From assembly GCF_964213995.1 (NCBI RefSeq), contig NW_027590140.1, positions 248,001 through 312,000 on the forward strand: 64,000 nt of DNA. Direction: 5' to 3'. Source of the stretch: Mustelus asterias. Taxonomy: Eukaryota. Shown here piece after piece: positions 25,283-38,158 of the stretch. Each line of letters begins with the position of its first letter. The first letter of the stretch is position 1. Made by a program: the position numbers and the translations under genes. The notes under the pieces were generated by a model. That model did not search any database. It saw only the letters and a program-made list of their open reading frames with translations, and was not told the origin of the DNA.

Positions 25283-25909
25283 TTGAATCTACTTTGCTTC
25301 AAGTAGAACCCCAGTTTCTCTGCCCACAGTGGTAGCCGTATGTGCCATCTCCACAATACACCAGGCTCCTTCGGCAACACATCCCAAGCGGTGACGTGTA
25401 CTTCTAAGGACAAGGGCAGCAAATGCAAAGGAACCTGCAAGATTTCACTCCAAGTCACACAGTATCTTGACTTGGAACTATATTGGTGTATGATCTGGAG
25501 GGGAACATGAGGATGAGGATGTTCAGATACACCTATGACTATCTTGGTGGTGGAGAATGAGGTTTTAGAGGATTCTGTCAGAATTCTGGTTAAGATGTGG
25601 CTATCTCATATCTCTCCTTCACCCTCTTCTTCACCAACTTCTATCTCTCCCTCTCTTTTTCTCTCACCCTCTCCTACTTTGTGGACCAGGGTCTTGTGCA
25701 ATCCCAGATCACATTTCAGGTTCCCTTCCCTGAAGGACATTCGTGAATCAGTTGGGTTTTTATGACGATCCAACAGCTTTCATGGTCACTTTTTCTGAGT
25801 GCCAGCCTACAAATTACCAGATTCAATCTGCTCAATTTCACAACCTGTGTTTGTGGGTTCTCTTTCACCCCCTTTTTTTCTGTTTTAAATTAATTTCACG
25901 GGGTTTTTA

Positions 25910-27340
25910 AAAAATTAATTCGTGGGACATGGGCGTCGCTGGCTGGCCAGCATTTATTGTCCATCCCTAGTTGCCCTTGAGAAGGTGGTGGTGAGCTGCC
26001 TTCTTGAATCGCTGCAGTCCATGTTCTGTGGGTTGACCCACAATGCCGTTAGGGAGGGAATTCCAGGATTTTGACCCAGCGACGGCGAAGGAATGGCGAT
26101 ATATTTCCAAGTCAGGATAGTGAGTGGCTTGGAGGGGATCTTGCAGGTGGTGGTGTTCCTATTTATCTGCTGCCCTTGTCCTTCTAGATGGAGGTGGTTG
26201 TGGGTTTGGAAGATGCTGTGTAAGGATCTTTGGTGAACTGCTGCAGTGCATTTTATAGATAGTACACTCTACTGCCAATGAATGTCGGTGGTGGAGGGAT
26301 TGAATGTTTATAGATGTGGTACCAATCCAGCAGGCTACCTTGTCCTGGATGGTGTCAAGCTTCTTGTGTGTTGTTGGAGCTGCACCACCCCGGCAAGTGG
26401 GGAGTATTCCATCACACTCCTGACTTGTGCCTTGTAGATGGTGGATAGACTTTGGGGAGTCAGTAGGTGAGTTGCTCACTGCAGTATTTCTGACCTTCTT
26501 TTGTAGCACTGTGTTTATGTGGTGAATCCAGTTGAGTTTCTGGTTAATGATAACCCCAAGGATGTTGACAGTGGCAGATTCAGTGATGGTTACACCATTG
26601 AATGTCACGGGGCGGTGGTTAGGATGTCTCTTATTGGTGATGGTCATTGCCTGGTATTTGTGTGGCGCAAATGTTACTTGCCACTTGTCAGCCCAAGCCT
26701 GGATATTGTCCACATCTTGTTGCATTTGACCATGGACTGCTTCAGTCTGATGAGTCGCGAATAGTGCTGAAGATTGTGCAATCATCGACGAACATCCCCA
26801 CTTCTGATCTTATGAAGGAGGGAAGTTCATTGATGAAGCAGCTGAAGATTGTTGGGCCGAGGACACTGCCCTGAGGGACTCCTGCAGAGACGTCCTGGAG
26901 ATGAGATGACTGACCCTCAACAACCATCTTCCTATATACCAGGTTTGACTCCACCCAGCCAAGTGTTAGCCCCTTGATACCCATTGATTCCAGTTTTGCT
27001 TGGACTCCTTGATGCCACACTTGGTCGAATGTGGCCTTGATGTCAAGGGCTGTGACTCTCACCTCACCTCTGGAACTCAGCTCTCTTGTCCATGTCTGGC
27101 CCAAGGCTATAAAGAGGTCAGGAGCTGAGTGACCCTGGCGAAACCCAAACTTGGCCACTAAGGTTGCGACAATCCAATCCGCTGTCTCTGCTGCTTCCCT
27201 CCCATCCACTAGCCCCCTGGACAAACTGTTGGAGCTGCACCACCCAGGCAAGTGGGGAGTATTGCATCTCACTCCTGACTTGTGCCTTGTAGATGGCGGA
27301 TAGGCTTTGGGGAGTCGGGAGGTGAGTTGCTTGCTGCAGT
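25910..27340 (-). mobile_element. CR1/L2-group LINE of a second subfamily, RT and 3' end
   Basis: [69 protein letters not shown]. Confidence 0.82.
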
Positions 27341-27391
27341 TTTGCCTTGTTTGAGCCTTGAACTCGCATCTTTCTTTACTTTCTTTTCCAT

Positions 27392-29665
27392 GTCATAGAG
27401 GTTTACAGCATGGAAACAGGTCCTTCGGCCCAACTTATCCATGCTGCCTCCCTTTTTTTTGAAACCCCTAAGCTAGTCCCAATTGCCCGCATTTGGCCCA
27501 TATCCCTCTGTACCCATCATACTCATGTAACTATCTAAATGCTTTTTAAAAGACAAAATTGTACCCGCCTCTACTACTACCTCTGGCAGTACCTTGTTCC
27601 AGACACCACCCCTGTGTGAAAAACGTACCCCTTTGGACCCTTTTGTATCTCCCCTCTCACCTTAAACCTATACCCTCTAGTTTTAGACTCCCCTACCTTT
27701 GGGAAAATATATTGACTATCCAGCTGATCTATGCCCCTCATTATTTTATAGATCTCTATAAGATCACTCCTAAGCCTCCTAGGGTCCAGACAAAAGACTC
27801 CCAGTCTGTCCAGCTCTCCTTATAACTCAAACCATCAAGTCCCGGTAGCATCCTAGTAAATCTTTTCTGCACTCTTTCGAGTTTAATAATATCCTTTCTA
27901 TAATAGGGTGACCAGAACTGTACACAGTATTCCAAGTGTGGCCTTACCAATGTCTTGTACAACTTCAACAAGACATCCCAACTCCTGTATTCAATGTTCT
28001 GACCAATGAAACCAAGCATGCTGAATGCCTTCTTCACTACTCTGTCCACCTGTGCCGCCACGTTCAAGGAGCTATGAACCTCTCTCCAACGCCCTACCAT
28101 TAACTGAGTAAGTCCTGCCCTGGTTTGATCGACCAAAGTGCATCACCTCGCATTTATCTAAATTAAACTCCATCTGCCATTCGTCAGTCCACTGGCCCAA
28201 TTGATCAAGATCCTGTTGCAATCCGAGATAATCTCCACTATGCTACCAATCTTGGTGTCATCTGCAAATTTACTAACCATGCCTCTTAAATTCTCAACCA
28301 AATCATTAATATAAATGACAAATAACAGTGGACTCAGCACCGATCCCTGAGGCACACCGCTGGTCACAGGCCTCCAGTTTGAAAAGCAACCTTCTACAAC
28401 CACCCTCTGTGTTCTTTCATTAAGCCAATTTTTGATCCATTCGGCTACCTCACTCTGGATCCCGTGAGATTTAATCTTATGCAACAACCTACCATATAGT
28501 ACCTTGTCAAAGGCCTTGCTAAAGTCCATGTAGACAATGTCAACTGCATTGCCCTCATCTACCTTCTTGGTTACCCCTTCAAAAAATTTAATCAAATTTG
28601 TGAGACATGATTTTCCACTCAGAGTCATGCTGACTGTCCCTAATCAGTACTTGCATCTCTAAATGCTTGTAGATCCTGTCTCTCAAACTACCTTCTCATA
28701 ACTTACCCACTACAGATGTGAGGCTCACTGGCCTGTAGTTCCCAGGCTTTTCCATGCAGCCCTACTTGAACAAAGGCACATTTGCCACCTTTCAATCTTC
28801 AGGCACCTCACCTGTGACTATCGATGATTCAAATATCTCTGCTCGGGGGCTCGCAATTTCCTCCCTAGTTTCCCAGTGTCCTGGGATACACTTCATCAGG
28901 TCCCGGGGATTTATCTACCTTGGTGTGCTTTAAGACTTCCAGCAACTCCTTCTCTGTTATAAGTACACTCCTCAAGATATCACTAATTATTTCCCCAAGT
29001 TCCCTAACATCCATGTTTTTCTCAACCGTGAATACTGATGAGAAATATTCATTTAGGATCTCACCATCTCTTGTGCATCCACACACAGATAACATTGCTG
29101 ATCCTTAAGAGGTCCTACTCTCTCCCTAGTTACTCTTTTGCCCTTTTTGTATTTGTAGAAGCTCTTTGAATTCTCCTTTGCCTTATCGGCCAAAACAATC
29201 TTGTGTCCCCTTTTTGCCCTCCTGATTTCTCTCTTAACTCTACTTCTACACCCTCTATACTCTTCAAGAGATCCACTTGATCCCAGCTGCCTATGCATGT
29301 CATGTGCCTCCTTCTCCTTCTTGACCAGGGCCTCAATATCCTGAGTCATCCAGGATTCCCTACTTATACCAGCCTTGCCCTTCACTTTCAGAGGAATGTG
29401 CTTACCCTGAACACACTTTTGAAAGCCTCCCCCCTACCAAACGTCCCTTTGCCTTCCCACAGGCTCCCCCAATTAACTGTTGAAAGTTCCTGCCTGATAC
29501 CGTCAAAATTGGCCTTGCCCCAAGTTAGAATCTTTACTTTTGGGCCAGACCTATTATTCTTCATAGCTGTCTTAAAACTAATGGAATTATAATCACTGGT
29601 CCCAAAGTGATCCCTCACTAACACTTCTGTCACCTGCCCTTCCTTTTTCCCAAGAGGAGGTCAAG
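27392..29665 (-). mobile_element. Degenerate CR1 LINE ORF2
   Basis: ORFs 29388-29633, 29053-29385, 28865-29095, 28158-28628 and 27756-28136 with CR1 RT motifs. Confidence 0.9.
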
Positions 29666-30284
29666 TCCCTCATGCTCTTCAAGTGCTCATCTTGCCATTG
29701 GGACCCACCTCCTGCTTCTCGACCTAATCCCCAACAATCTGCTGACCACCCAACTTTCTCATGTTTGCTGATATTGTTAAAAGTTCTGTTCCTTTAGGTC
29801 TTGTCTCCCTCTGTTATGCGAACACACTCTGCTTTAAATCTGCCATCGTTTTCCCCTGATCAAAATAAATCTAATACTTCACTCTTCCATCTTTGGAAAT
29901 TATGGATCATCTCCAACCACACTTTCCTGTTAAAAATGCTGAGATCTTTTGTTATCTCTCAAATCCATGTCCATCTTTCCAGAACTGCACGATTCTGAAC
30001 ACACCCCTCGCCACTCCCCCACCACCACACCCCCCCCCCCCAGCCCACCCCCCCCCCCCCCCCCCCCCCCCCCCAGCCATGCCCCAATCAGGTTTCTGCT
30101 CCTGTGATGAACCAGCTCTGATCAAAGTTTCTAATGGCATCCTGTGTGACTGTGAAAAAGGGAAACTTTCTCTTCTCGACGTGTCTGTGGTGGCTCTCCC
30201 TCTCACAGGTTCTGGCTTTCCTGTGTTGTTCATAATGCTGACAACATGAACCTTTTCCCTGATTTGTCCTAACCCTTCTACCAG

Positions 30285-30690
30285 AAACTACAAAGAGTCG
30301 TAAATGAAGACCAGTCCATCACCCAAACCAATCTCCCATCCATTGACTCTGTCTACACTTCCTGCTGCCTTGGCAAAGTAACCAGCATAACTAAGGACCC
30401 CACGCACCTTGGACATTCTCTCTTCCACCTCCTTCCATCGGGAAAAAGATATAAAAGTCTGAGGCCACGTACGGACCGACTCAAAAACAGCTTCTTCTCT
30501 TCTGTCATCAGACTTTTGAATGGACCTACCTCACGTTATGTTGATCTTTCTCTCCACCCTAGCTATGACTGTAACACTACGTTCTGCACTCTGTTTCTTT
30601 CTCGATAAACGGCATGCTTTGTCTGTATAATGTGCAAGAAATAATGCTTTTCACTGTATGCTAATACATGTGGCAATAAATCAAATCATT
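30285..30690 (+). mobile_element. Rex1-like LINE 3' end
   Basis: Matches the 3' ends at 24385-24900 and 40076-40560 (CTAATACATGTGGCAATAAATCAAATC). Confidence 0.7.
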
Positions 30691-30804
30691 GCAGTAACAA
30701 ATGTTGAAATGCTTGCTCCACACCCACAGCCTTTCATCTGGTGTAAGACACAAACTCAAAGGGCCACTTTTCCCCTGAACTTTCACACCAATCAGCATCC
30801 ACAA

Positions 30805-30920
30805 TATGGAGATGCTGGTGTTGGACTGGGGTGGGCACAGCAAGGAGTCTCACAACACCAGGTTAAAGTCCAACAGGTTAATTTGGAATCACGAGTTTTC
30901 AGAGCGCTGCTCCTTCATCC
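30805..30920. mobile_element. Penelope-like pLTR terminal fragment
   Basis: TGGAGATGCTGGTGTTGGACTGGGGT...CTCACAACACCAGGTTAAAGTCCAACAGG terminus. Confidence 0.7.
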
Positions 30921-30929
30921 ATAATGAGG

Positions 30930-31075
30930 CTGACTTTCAGCCAATAAGGGAGGACCGGCCTCAGCTCCGCCCCTCTTTCGCTCTGGTTGGAGGACCAGCT
31001 GCTTCAGCTCAGTCCTCCAGCCCCACCCCTCCTCTTCTCATTTGTCTGGAGCTGCTGTCAATCAGTGTGGGCGCT
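30930..31075 (-). promoter_or_regulatory. Inverted paralogue of the 20230-20340 promoter module
   Basis: Reverse complement CTGATTGACAGCAGCTCCAGAC...GGAGGACTGAGC...GCTGGTCCTCCAACC...GAGGGCGGAGC aligns by eye to 20234-20340. Confidence 0.45.
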
Positions 31076-31162
31076 CATTAAATCCCCACACACTAAGTTT
31101 TGGACACAAAGTTAACGTCTGAGGAAACGCAAAGTTAACGCAATGAGGAAATAAATGTTTCT

Positions 31163-32035
31163 TGCGGATAGCAAAGAGCATTGTCGGGCAATACAGCAGG
31201 ATATCGATAGGCTGGAAAATTGGGCGGAGAGGTGGCAGATGGAGTTTAATCCGGAGAAATGCGAAGTGATGCATTTTGGAAGAAATAACGTAGGGAGGAG
31301 TTATACAATAAATGGCAGAGTCATCAGGAGTATAGAAACACAGAGGGACCTAGGTGTGCAAGTCCACAAATCCTTGAAGGTAGCAACACAGGTGGAGAAG
31401 GTGGTGAAGAAGGCATATGGTATGCTTGCCTTTATAGGACGGGGTATAGAGTATAAAAGCTGGAGTCTGATGATGCAGCTGTATAGAACGCTGGTTAGGC
31501 CACATTTGGAGTACTGCGTCTAGTTCTGGCGCCGCACTACCAGAAGGACGTGGAGGGGTTAGAGAGAGTGCAGAGAAGGTTTACCAGGATGTTGCTTGGT
31601 ATGCAGGGTCTTAGCTATGAGGAGAGATTGGGTAAACTGGGGTTGTTCTCCCTGGAAAGACGGAGAATGAGGGGAGATCTAATTGAGGTGTACAAGATTA
31701 TGAAGGGGATAGATAGGGTGAACGGTGGGAAGCTTTTTCCCGGATCAGAAGTAACGTTCACGAGGGGTCACGGGCTCAAGGTGAGAGGGGCGAAGCATAA
31801 CTCAGATATTAGAGGGATGTTTTTTACACAGAGGGTGGTGGGGGCCTGGAATGCGCTGCCAAGTAGGGTGGTGGAGGCAGGCACGCTGACATCGTTTAAG
31901 ACTGAACTGGATAGTCACATGAGCAGCCTGGGAATGGTGGGATACAAACGATTGGTCTAGTTGGACCAAGGAGCGGCACAGGCTTGGAGGGCCGAAGGGC
32001 CTGTTTCCTGTGCTGTACTGTTCTTTGTTCTTTGT
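31163..32035 (+). mobile_element. 5'-truncated CR1 3' part
   Basis: ORFs 31155-31523 and 31550-31960; (TTCTTTG)n tail. Confidence 0.9.
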
Positions 32036-32056
32036 CTGCTATTATATATGGTCCAC

Positions 32057-32093
32057 TCACCTGATGAAGGGGCAATGCTCTGAAAGCTCGTGA
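32057..32093 (+). ncRNA. Minimal type I hammerhead ribozyme motif in a Penelope-like pLTR fragment (32050-32141)
   Basis: TCAC-CTGATGA-A-GGGGC-AAT-GCTCT-GAAA-GC-TC-GTGA: helix I TCAC/GTGA, CUGAUGA and GAAA core, helix II, palindromic AGCU in place of helix III. Confidence 0.6.
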
Positions 32094-32714
32094 TTCCAAA
32101 TAAACCTGTTGGACCTTAACTGGTGTTGTGAGACTTCTTATTCTGTATGGTCGGTGAATGGGTTGGTTATCCCTAGTTGTGCAAGTTTGTTAAAAAGCTA
32201 CAGGAAGAATTTTCCAAAGCTTTGTTTGGATTTGAGCACAGTGAGGAGGGAGCTTTGGTGGGATGGGGATTTGCAGCTTTGGGGGACAAGAGAGGAAAAT
32301 TTGTTCCATAGAAACTAGAATTGTCTGTTCTGAATTTTTCTTCTGTACTGACAGTGATGCCTTTTGTAAACTCTTTTCACAGCAGATTGGAAGGGAAGAA
32401 TTTGCAGACTGAAAACTCAACCAAACATCACTTTGAGGTCTGACGAGTTACTCGATTCATCAGGACCTGAATATCATCTTTAAATTCAGAAGGAGAAATC
32501 TTTGTCTCTTCTGTCTGTGGGAGAAGATTCCAAACATCAGTGTGACTGGAAAAGCACCGAGCGACACACACTCAAGTGAACTGACTGTGGAAAGAGCTTT
32601 AACCAGTTACACAGCCTGAAAAAAACATAATTCACCATTCACATTGTGGAGTAACTGCGCACGTTGAGTGTGGACTGATCACCAAACCTGGAGAGACACA
32701 AGGACACCGGCACT

Positions 32715-33554
32715 ATGGGGAAACTGTGCAAATGCAAGGACTGTGGGAAAGGATTCAATTACCCATCACTGCTGGAAATCCATCGACGCAGTCACACTGG
32801 GGAGAGACCATTCACCTGCCCTGAATGTGGGAAGGGATTCACTCAGTTATCAAACCTGCAGACGCACCAGCAAAATCATACTGAGAGGCCGTTCACTTGC
32901 CCTGAATGTGGGAAGGGATTCACTCAGTTATACAATCTGCAGATACACCAGAGAAAACACACGGGTGAAAGGCCTTTCACCTGCTCTGAATGTGCGAAAG
33001 GATTCACTCGATCCTCTGACCTGTTGAAGCACCAACGAATTCACACTGAGGAAAGGCCGTTCAGTTGTACTTTCTGTGGGAAGAAATTTAGGTCGTCTTC
33101 CAACCTCAGTGTCCACCAGCGAGTTCACACTGGGGAGAAACCTTTCAGCTGTACTTCCTGTCGAAAGAGATTCAGATCTTCATTCCACCTCAAAGTACAT
33201 CAGCGAGTTCACACTGAAGAGAAGCCTTTCACCTGCTCTGAGTGTGGGGAAGGATTCACTCAGTCAGCAAACCTGCTGAGACACCAGCGAATTCACACTG
33301 GGGAGAGGCCATTCACCTGCCCTGAATGTGGGAAAGGATTCATTGGAGCATTTGACCTACAGAAGCACCAGCGAGTTCACACTGAGGAGAGGCCGTTCAG
33401 CTGTACTTCCTGTGGAAAGGGATTCAGGTCTTCATTCCACCTCAAAGTACACCAGCGAGTTCACACCGGGGAGAGGCCATTCACCTGCTCTGAGTGTGGG
33501 AGGGGATTCATTCAGTCAGCCTACCTGTTGAGACACCAGCGAGTTCACAAGTGA
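32715..33554 (+). CDS. Tandem C2H2 zinc-finger protein, 10 fingers, no effector domain visible
   Basis: Intact ATG-to-TGA 279-aa ORF with 10 CxxC-x12-HxxxH units and TGERPF/TEEKPF linkers; terminal-exon acceptor TTTTCACAG at 32382; decayed fingers in the 5' UTR. Confidence 0.88.
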   Translation: MGKLCKCKDCGKGFNYPSLLEIHRRSHTGERPFTCPECGKGFTQLSNLQTHQQNHTERPFTCPECGKGFTQLYNLQIHQRKHTGERPFTCSECAKGFTRSSDLLKHQRIHTEERPFSCTFCGKKFRSSSNLSVHQRVHTGEKPFSCTSCRKRFRSSFHLKVHQRVHTEEKPFTCSECGEGFTQSANLLRHQRIHTGERPFTCPECGKGFIGAFDLQKHQRVHTEERPFSCTSCGKGFRSSFHLKVHQRVHTGERPFTCSECGRGFIQSAYLLRHQRVHK

Positions 33555-33829
33555 CTACAGTGGTTGTATTCTGCTGTTGTGCTCTTGATCACATCCAGGA
33601 CTAAACCATGTTCATTCTGACAGTTGGGGTTTGTTTTTGTTGATGTTAATAATCTCTATAACTGGGCTGGAGTTTAATATTCTGGATCTATAGCTGATTG
33701 TGTTCTCGGGGCTGCACTTTCCTTTTAAGAAACACTCTCTGTGATCATTCCCCATAATTCAGGAACTCTCATCAGAAATTAGTTTGTAACAACATTCTGA
33801 ACTTTTACTCCAATCCTAAATTGGTCTCA

Positions 33830-34350
33830 GAACCATACAGTGCAGAACAGGCCCTTTGACCCATTGAATCTGCACCAACACGCAAGACAGACCTGACCTC
33901 CCACCTCATCCCATTTACCAGCACATGGCTCACAACCTTGAATGTTATGACGTGCCAAATGGTTTTGCAGGTACTATTTAAAGGCTGTGAGGAAACCCCC
34001 CTCTAGCACACTCCTCAGCAGCGAATTCCAGACTCACCACCCTCTGGGTAAAAAAGTCTTTCCTCACAGCCCCCCTACACCTCCTGCTCCTCGCCTTGTA
34101 CTCATGTCCCATCGTGACTAACCCTTCAACTAAGGGGAACAGCTGCTCCTTCTCCACTCTGTCCATGTCTCTCATAATCTTGTACACCTTAGGTCACCCC
34201 TCAGACATAGAACATTACAGCGCAGTACAGGCCCTTCGGCCCTCGATGTTGCGCCGACCAGTGAAACCAATCTAAAGCCCATCTAACCTACACTGTTCCA
34301 ATATCATCCATATGTTTATCCAATAACCATTTGAATGCTCTTAATATTGA
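33830..34350 (-). mobile_element. Two adjacent CR1 3' fragments
   Basis: ORF 33978-34187 YKIMRDMDRV...FFTQRVV; 34203-34350 is the reverse complement of the CR1 3' UTR seen at 2626-2740. Confidence 0.75.
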
Positions 34351-35204
34351 TGTCTTCTATGCTCCAATGAAAACAACTCAAGCCTATCCATTTTTGGTAC
34401 GAACTCTACAATTCAGTGCGTGAGAGGTTCCGTTGATTAACATCTCCAATTAGAAAGTGCAGATTAATCCGGACAATTCTCACTGACTGCACATTACACA
34501 CAGTGACACCTCCATTCCCCACCAGAAAGAAGGAGAATAGGAATTGGGTGGCGAATTGAGAGTTCCCAAATATTACCCTTCCCGCCTGGTACAGAAATCC
34601 CCTTGGCACGGGAATGGAGACAAGATCAATCGAAGTAATGGACTGTCAGAAATCACTGACAACCTTACAAAAACCTTCAGAAATGTATGGACTGTTATAG
34701 AAATATCTGATATTCTCTTAAGAAAATTTACATAGCAGCTTGCTAGCTGACAACGTAGGATTGGCCTGTTATCTTTGTCAAAGACATGTTTCTAGCACAG
34801 GCCCATAATCAAGGCATTTCTGACCCTGATACAATTGGATCTCATGACCCACACACAACCCAACTGTCTGCATAAAGGTTAAAACAGGCTCTCGAGAGCA
34901 GAGGTTTTGAAGTGGCTTCAGCCCAACACCCACACTCTGGCTCACATCAGTTAGCCGTTCAGAGAAGTCTGCCACCACCAGCTACAGAGACTAGCACTCT
35001 GCATCATCCGTCCATTTGTCTTCTGGGACCGGTAAACCATTCTCACCTATCATGGGAGTGTTCTTCCTGTTAATTTAACTTCCATGTCAAGGGAATAGTT
35101 ATGATGATGGATTTAGATGTGGACAGATGGGAGGAGACTCTCATGGAGCAGAAACACCAGCAGGAACTGGATGGGCTGAATGGCCTGTTTCTGTGTTGTG
35201 TTAG

Positions 35205-35585
35205 AAACTAGAAGCAGGAATAGGACATTTGGCCCTTTGAGCCTGCTCCGCCATTCATCTTGATCATCGAATTCAATATCCTGATTCCCCCCCTTCCTCC
35301 CGTATTCCTCGATCGCTTTAGCCCCAAGAGCTATATCTAATTTCATCTTGAAATCAGACAACATTTTGGCCTCAACTACTTTCTGTGGTAGTGAATTCCG
35401 CACATTCACCACCCTCTGGGTGAAGAAATTGCTCCTCACCTCAGTTCTAAAAGGTTTACCCCCTTATCTTCAAACTATGACCCCTAGTTCTGGATGCCCT
35501 CACCATTGGGAACATTCTTTCTGAATCTACCCTGTCTCATCCTGTTAGAATTTTATAAGTGTCTATGAGATCCCCTCTCACTATA
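35205..35585 (-). mobile_element. CR1 3' fragment
   Basis: ORF 35113-35439 RSNFFTQRVVNVRNSLPQKVVEA. Confidence 0.78.
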
Positions 35586-36349
35586 CTTAAACTCCTGAAG
35601 GGTCTGGTTTGAACTGTTAGACTATACCACCTTTTCCAAAACTTCCTGACCAGAGAGAATAACTTCTGTTTACCCTCTGTTCCCCTTAATGTGCTTGAAT
35701 CTGCTGTTACTGTCACTGCTAGTCACACCTAAACTGAACCACGTTCATTCTGTTTCTCTGTCCTGAAATGGTCAAACTGTGGAGTCAAGTTGAACTTCAA
35801 GATCTTGTTTCTCATGAATAGAATTGGGCTGGGATATTTCGGGATGTTGTAGAGACATTGATCGAATAATGGAATTGTAAAATGACCACAGCTCATTAGA
35901 AAGCCATTCGATCCATCGCTCCTGTGCCAGCTTTTATCAAAGATCAACACGGTTAGTAACAATATTCTTCTGTTTCTAAATAATCCCGAGTTTTCTCCCT
36001 TTCACGCCATTGTCCAATTCCATTTTGAAAAATGAGTTAAGAAAAAAAATATTGAAATAGGAACAGGAGTTTCTGCAGTTTCCACGCACAGTGCTTGAAA
36101 ATTAAGTTTCCCTGACCCAATGATATGCAGAGTTGGATTTGACATTTCATATCTTTTCAAGTTAAATATACATATGTTATTTATTTCAAAGGAATATTTA
36201 AAAGATGATTATCCTGATCTATAAAGTCCTCATTTTTTCCAGTTAATATATAATCTAACTCCCCTCACTGTACAACCTGGTACAGAGACGGGTCTCTACC
36301 ACAGTCGCCACTTTATGTTCAATTATGGGCGACAGATTATTTGCAATAA

Positions 36350-36825
36350 ATTGTAAATTAATTCAGATGAGGGGGTTGTCTAATGGAAAGGGGCTGAGTA
36401 AATGAGCCTGAAAGTCTCTGGAGTTCAGAAGAATGAGAGGCGATCTCATTGAAACCTAAACAATTCTCAGCGCGGTTGATAGGGGGGGACAGTGAGATTG
36501 TTTCTATTGGTCAGGGAATCCAAACCACAGGGGCACAGTCCCTAGATAAGGGGCTGATCATTTAGGACTGTGATAAGGCAAAATTCCTTCACTCAAAGGT
36601 TGTGAATCTTTGGAATTCTCTATACCAGACAGTTATGGATGTTCCATCATTGAACACATTTCAGGCGGGGATAGACAGGTTTCTCAGCTCTTGGGGAATT
36701 CAGGATATGAGGAGTTGGTGGGAAAATGGAGTTGAAGCTCAAGGTTAGCCATAATGGTATTGAATAGGGTAGCAGGCTCGATGGGGCAACAGTTTCACTC
36801 CTTTTTCTATTTATTGTGTTCATGT
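36350..36825 (+). mobile_element. Old CR1 3' fragment
   Basis: SLEFRRMRGDLIET and FTQRL/VNLWNSL remnants. Confidence 0.65.
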
Positions 36826-37539
36826 GTATGATGAAGTCAATAATTCATGTTACAATAAAAACAGTGTTGGAAGTTCTCAGCAGTTCTGGCAACAAATGTG
36901 ATGCATGAAACATAGTTAACTTTTCAACTCTAATATGATTCTTGTGGATTACAATATTTTGCACAACATCGAGTCGGGAAACTGAACCCAGGTGGAGAAA
37001 ACACTGAACCCAAGCAACTGGCATATTTAATCTGTAACTTGTTCAATAAATTTACCTGCCAACTGAAAGGCTGGAGGTTCGAGATCACCTCGGGCCAAGT
37101 AGAGACCCTCTATTCCTGCTTCTACTTATATTCCTGACATAGTTCTGTTTTGTATCCTTTTGCTATAATGAAATACTGTTCAAACTTTGCCAGCCCGGTT
37201 GTTATTCAGTAAGTTGCCACACAGAGATTTTGGATTGAACATGTTTTGCTGTGAATGCAGTGCATTCTTATTGATAAGTCATGGAATAAGTCAATGTCCC
37301 GTTTATGCTGAGAAAATCCCTTGTTTACTCTATCTGTTGAAACTCCAGTAAGTTCACATCTAACTGTAGGTGTTTGTTCTGTGTTAATAACAGCTGGAAC
37401 AGAATTATGGTGGAGTTCCTCTGCACCTTCCTTTCTGTATCAATTCATTTAGTATATTTGTAAATAGGCTCCATGGCTCAGATTATAATAGGATCATGTA
37501 TAATAATATTGGATGGAACATGTTTTCCTGTGAATGTTT

Positions 37540-37838
37540 GGGGTGGCACAGTGGTTAGCACTGCTGCCTCACTGCGCCAGAGGCTCGGGTTCAATTCCGG
37601 CCTCGAGTCAGTGTCTGTGTGGCGTTTGCACATCCTCCCCGTTTCTGCGTGGGTGCTCCGGTTTCCTCCTACACTCCAAAGATGTGTGTGTTAGGTTCGA
37701 CTGGCCATGCTAAATTGACCCCAGTGTCAGGGGGACTAGCAGGGTAAATATGAGGGAATAGGATCTGGGTGGGATTATGGTCTGTGCAGATTCGATGGGC
37801 TGAATGGCCCCCTTCTGCACTGTAGGGTTTCGATGAAT
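37540..37838 (+). mobile_element. HE1-like SINE
   Basis: GGTGGCACAGTGGTTAGCACTGCTGCCTCAC...GGGTTCAATTCC, TGGCCATGCTAAATTG core. Confidence 0.82.
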
Positions 37839-38158
37839 CTATGAGGCGCTTCCCCAGAATCTGCGAGAAAGAGAAGCTGCACGAAAAACTCTCATATGCG
37901 CAAAAGTGAGTTACCAATGGAGCATGCATGGTGTGTGCACTCCAGATACCACATGACAGTTATCCTGGCTTCAACATTGGAGAGAAACTGGATGGTAAAA
38001 GAGGCAACGGAGTGGATAGAGAAGCTTCATGAACACCCAGTGGAGGGTCTGAAACTCTGATAAGCATCTACGATATAAAATCTAAACTCTGCTTTTCTCT
38101 CCACGGACACTGTAAAATCTGCCAAGCAACTCCAACATTTCTGTTTTAATTTCACATA

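Noticed and set aside
30805-32141. The two Penelope pLTR fragments as ends of one composite element capturing a promoter and a CR1
   Set aside because: No target-site duplication is shared by the outer flanks
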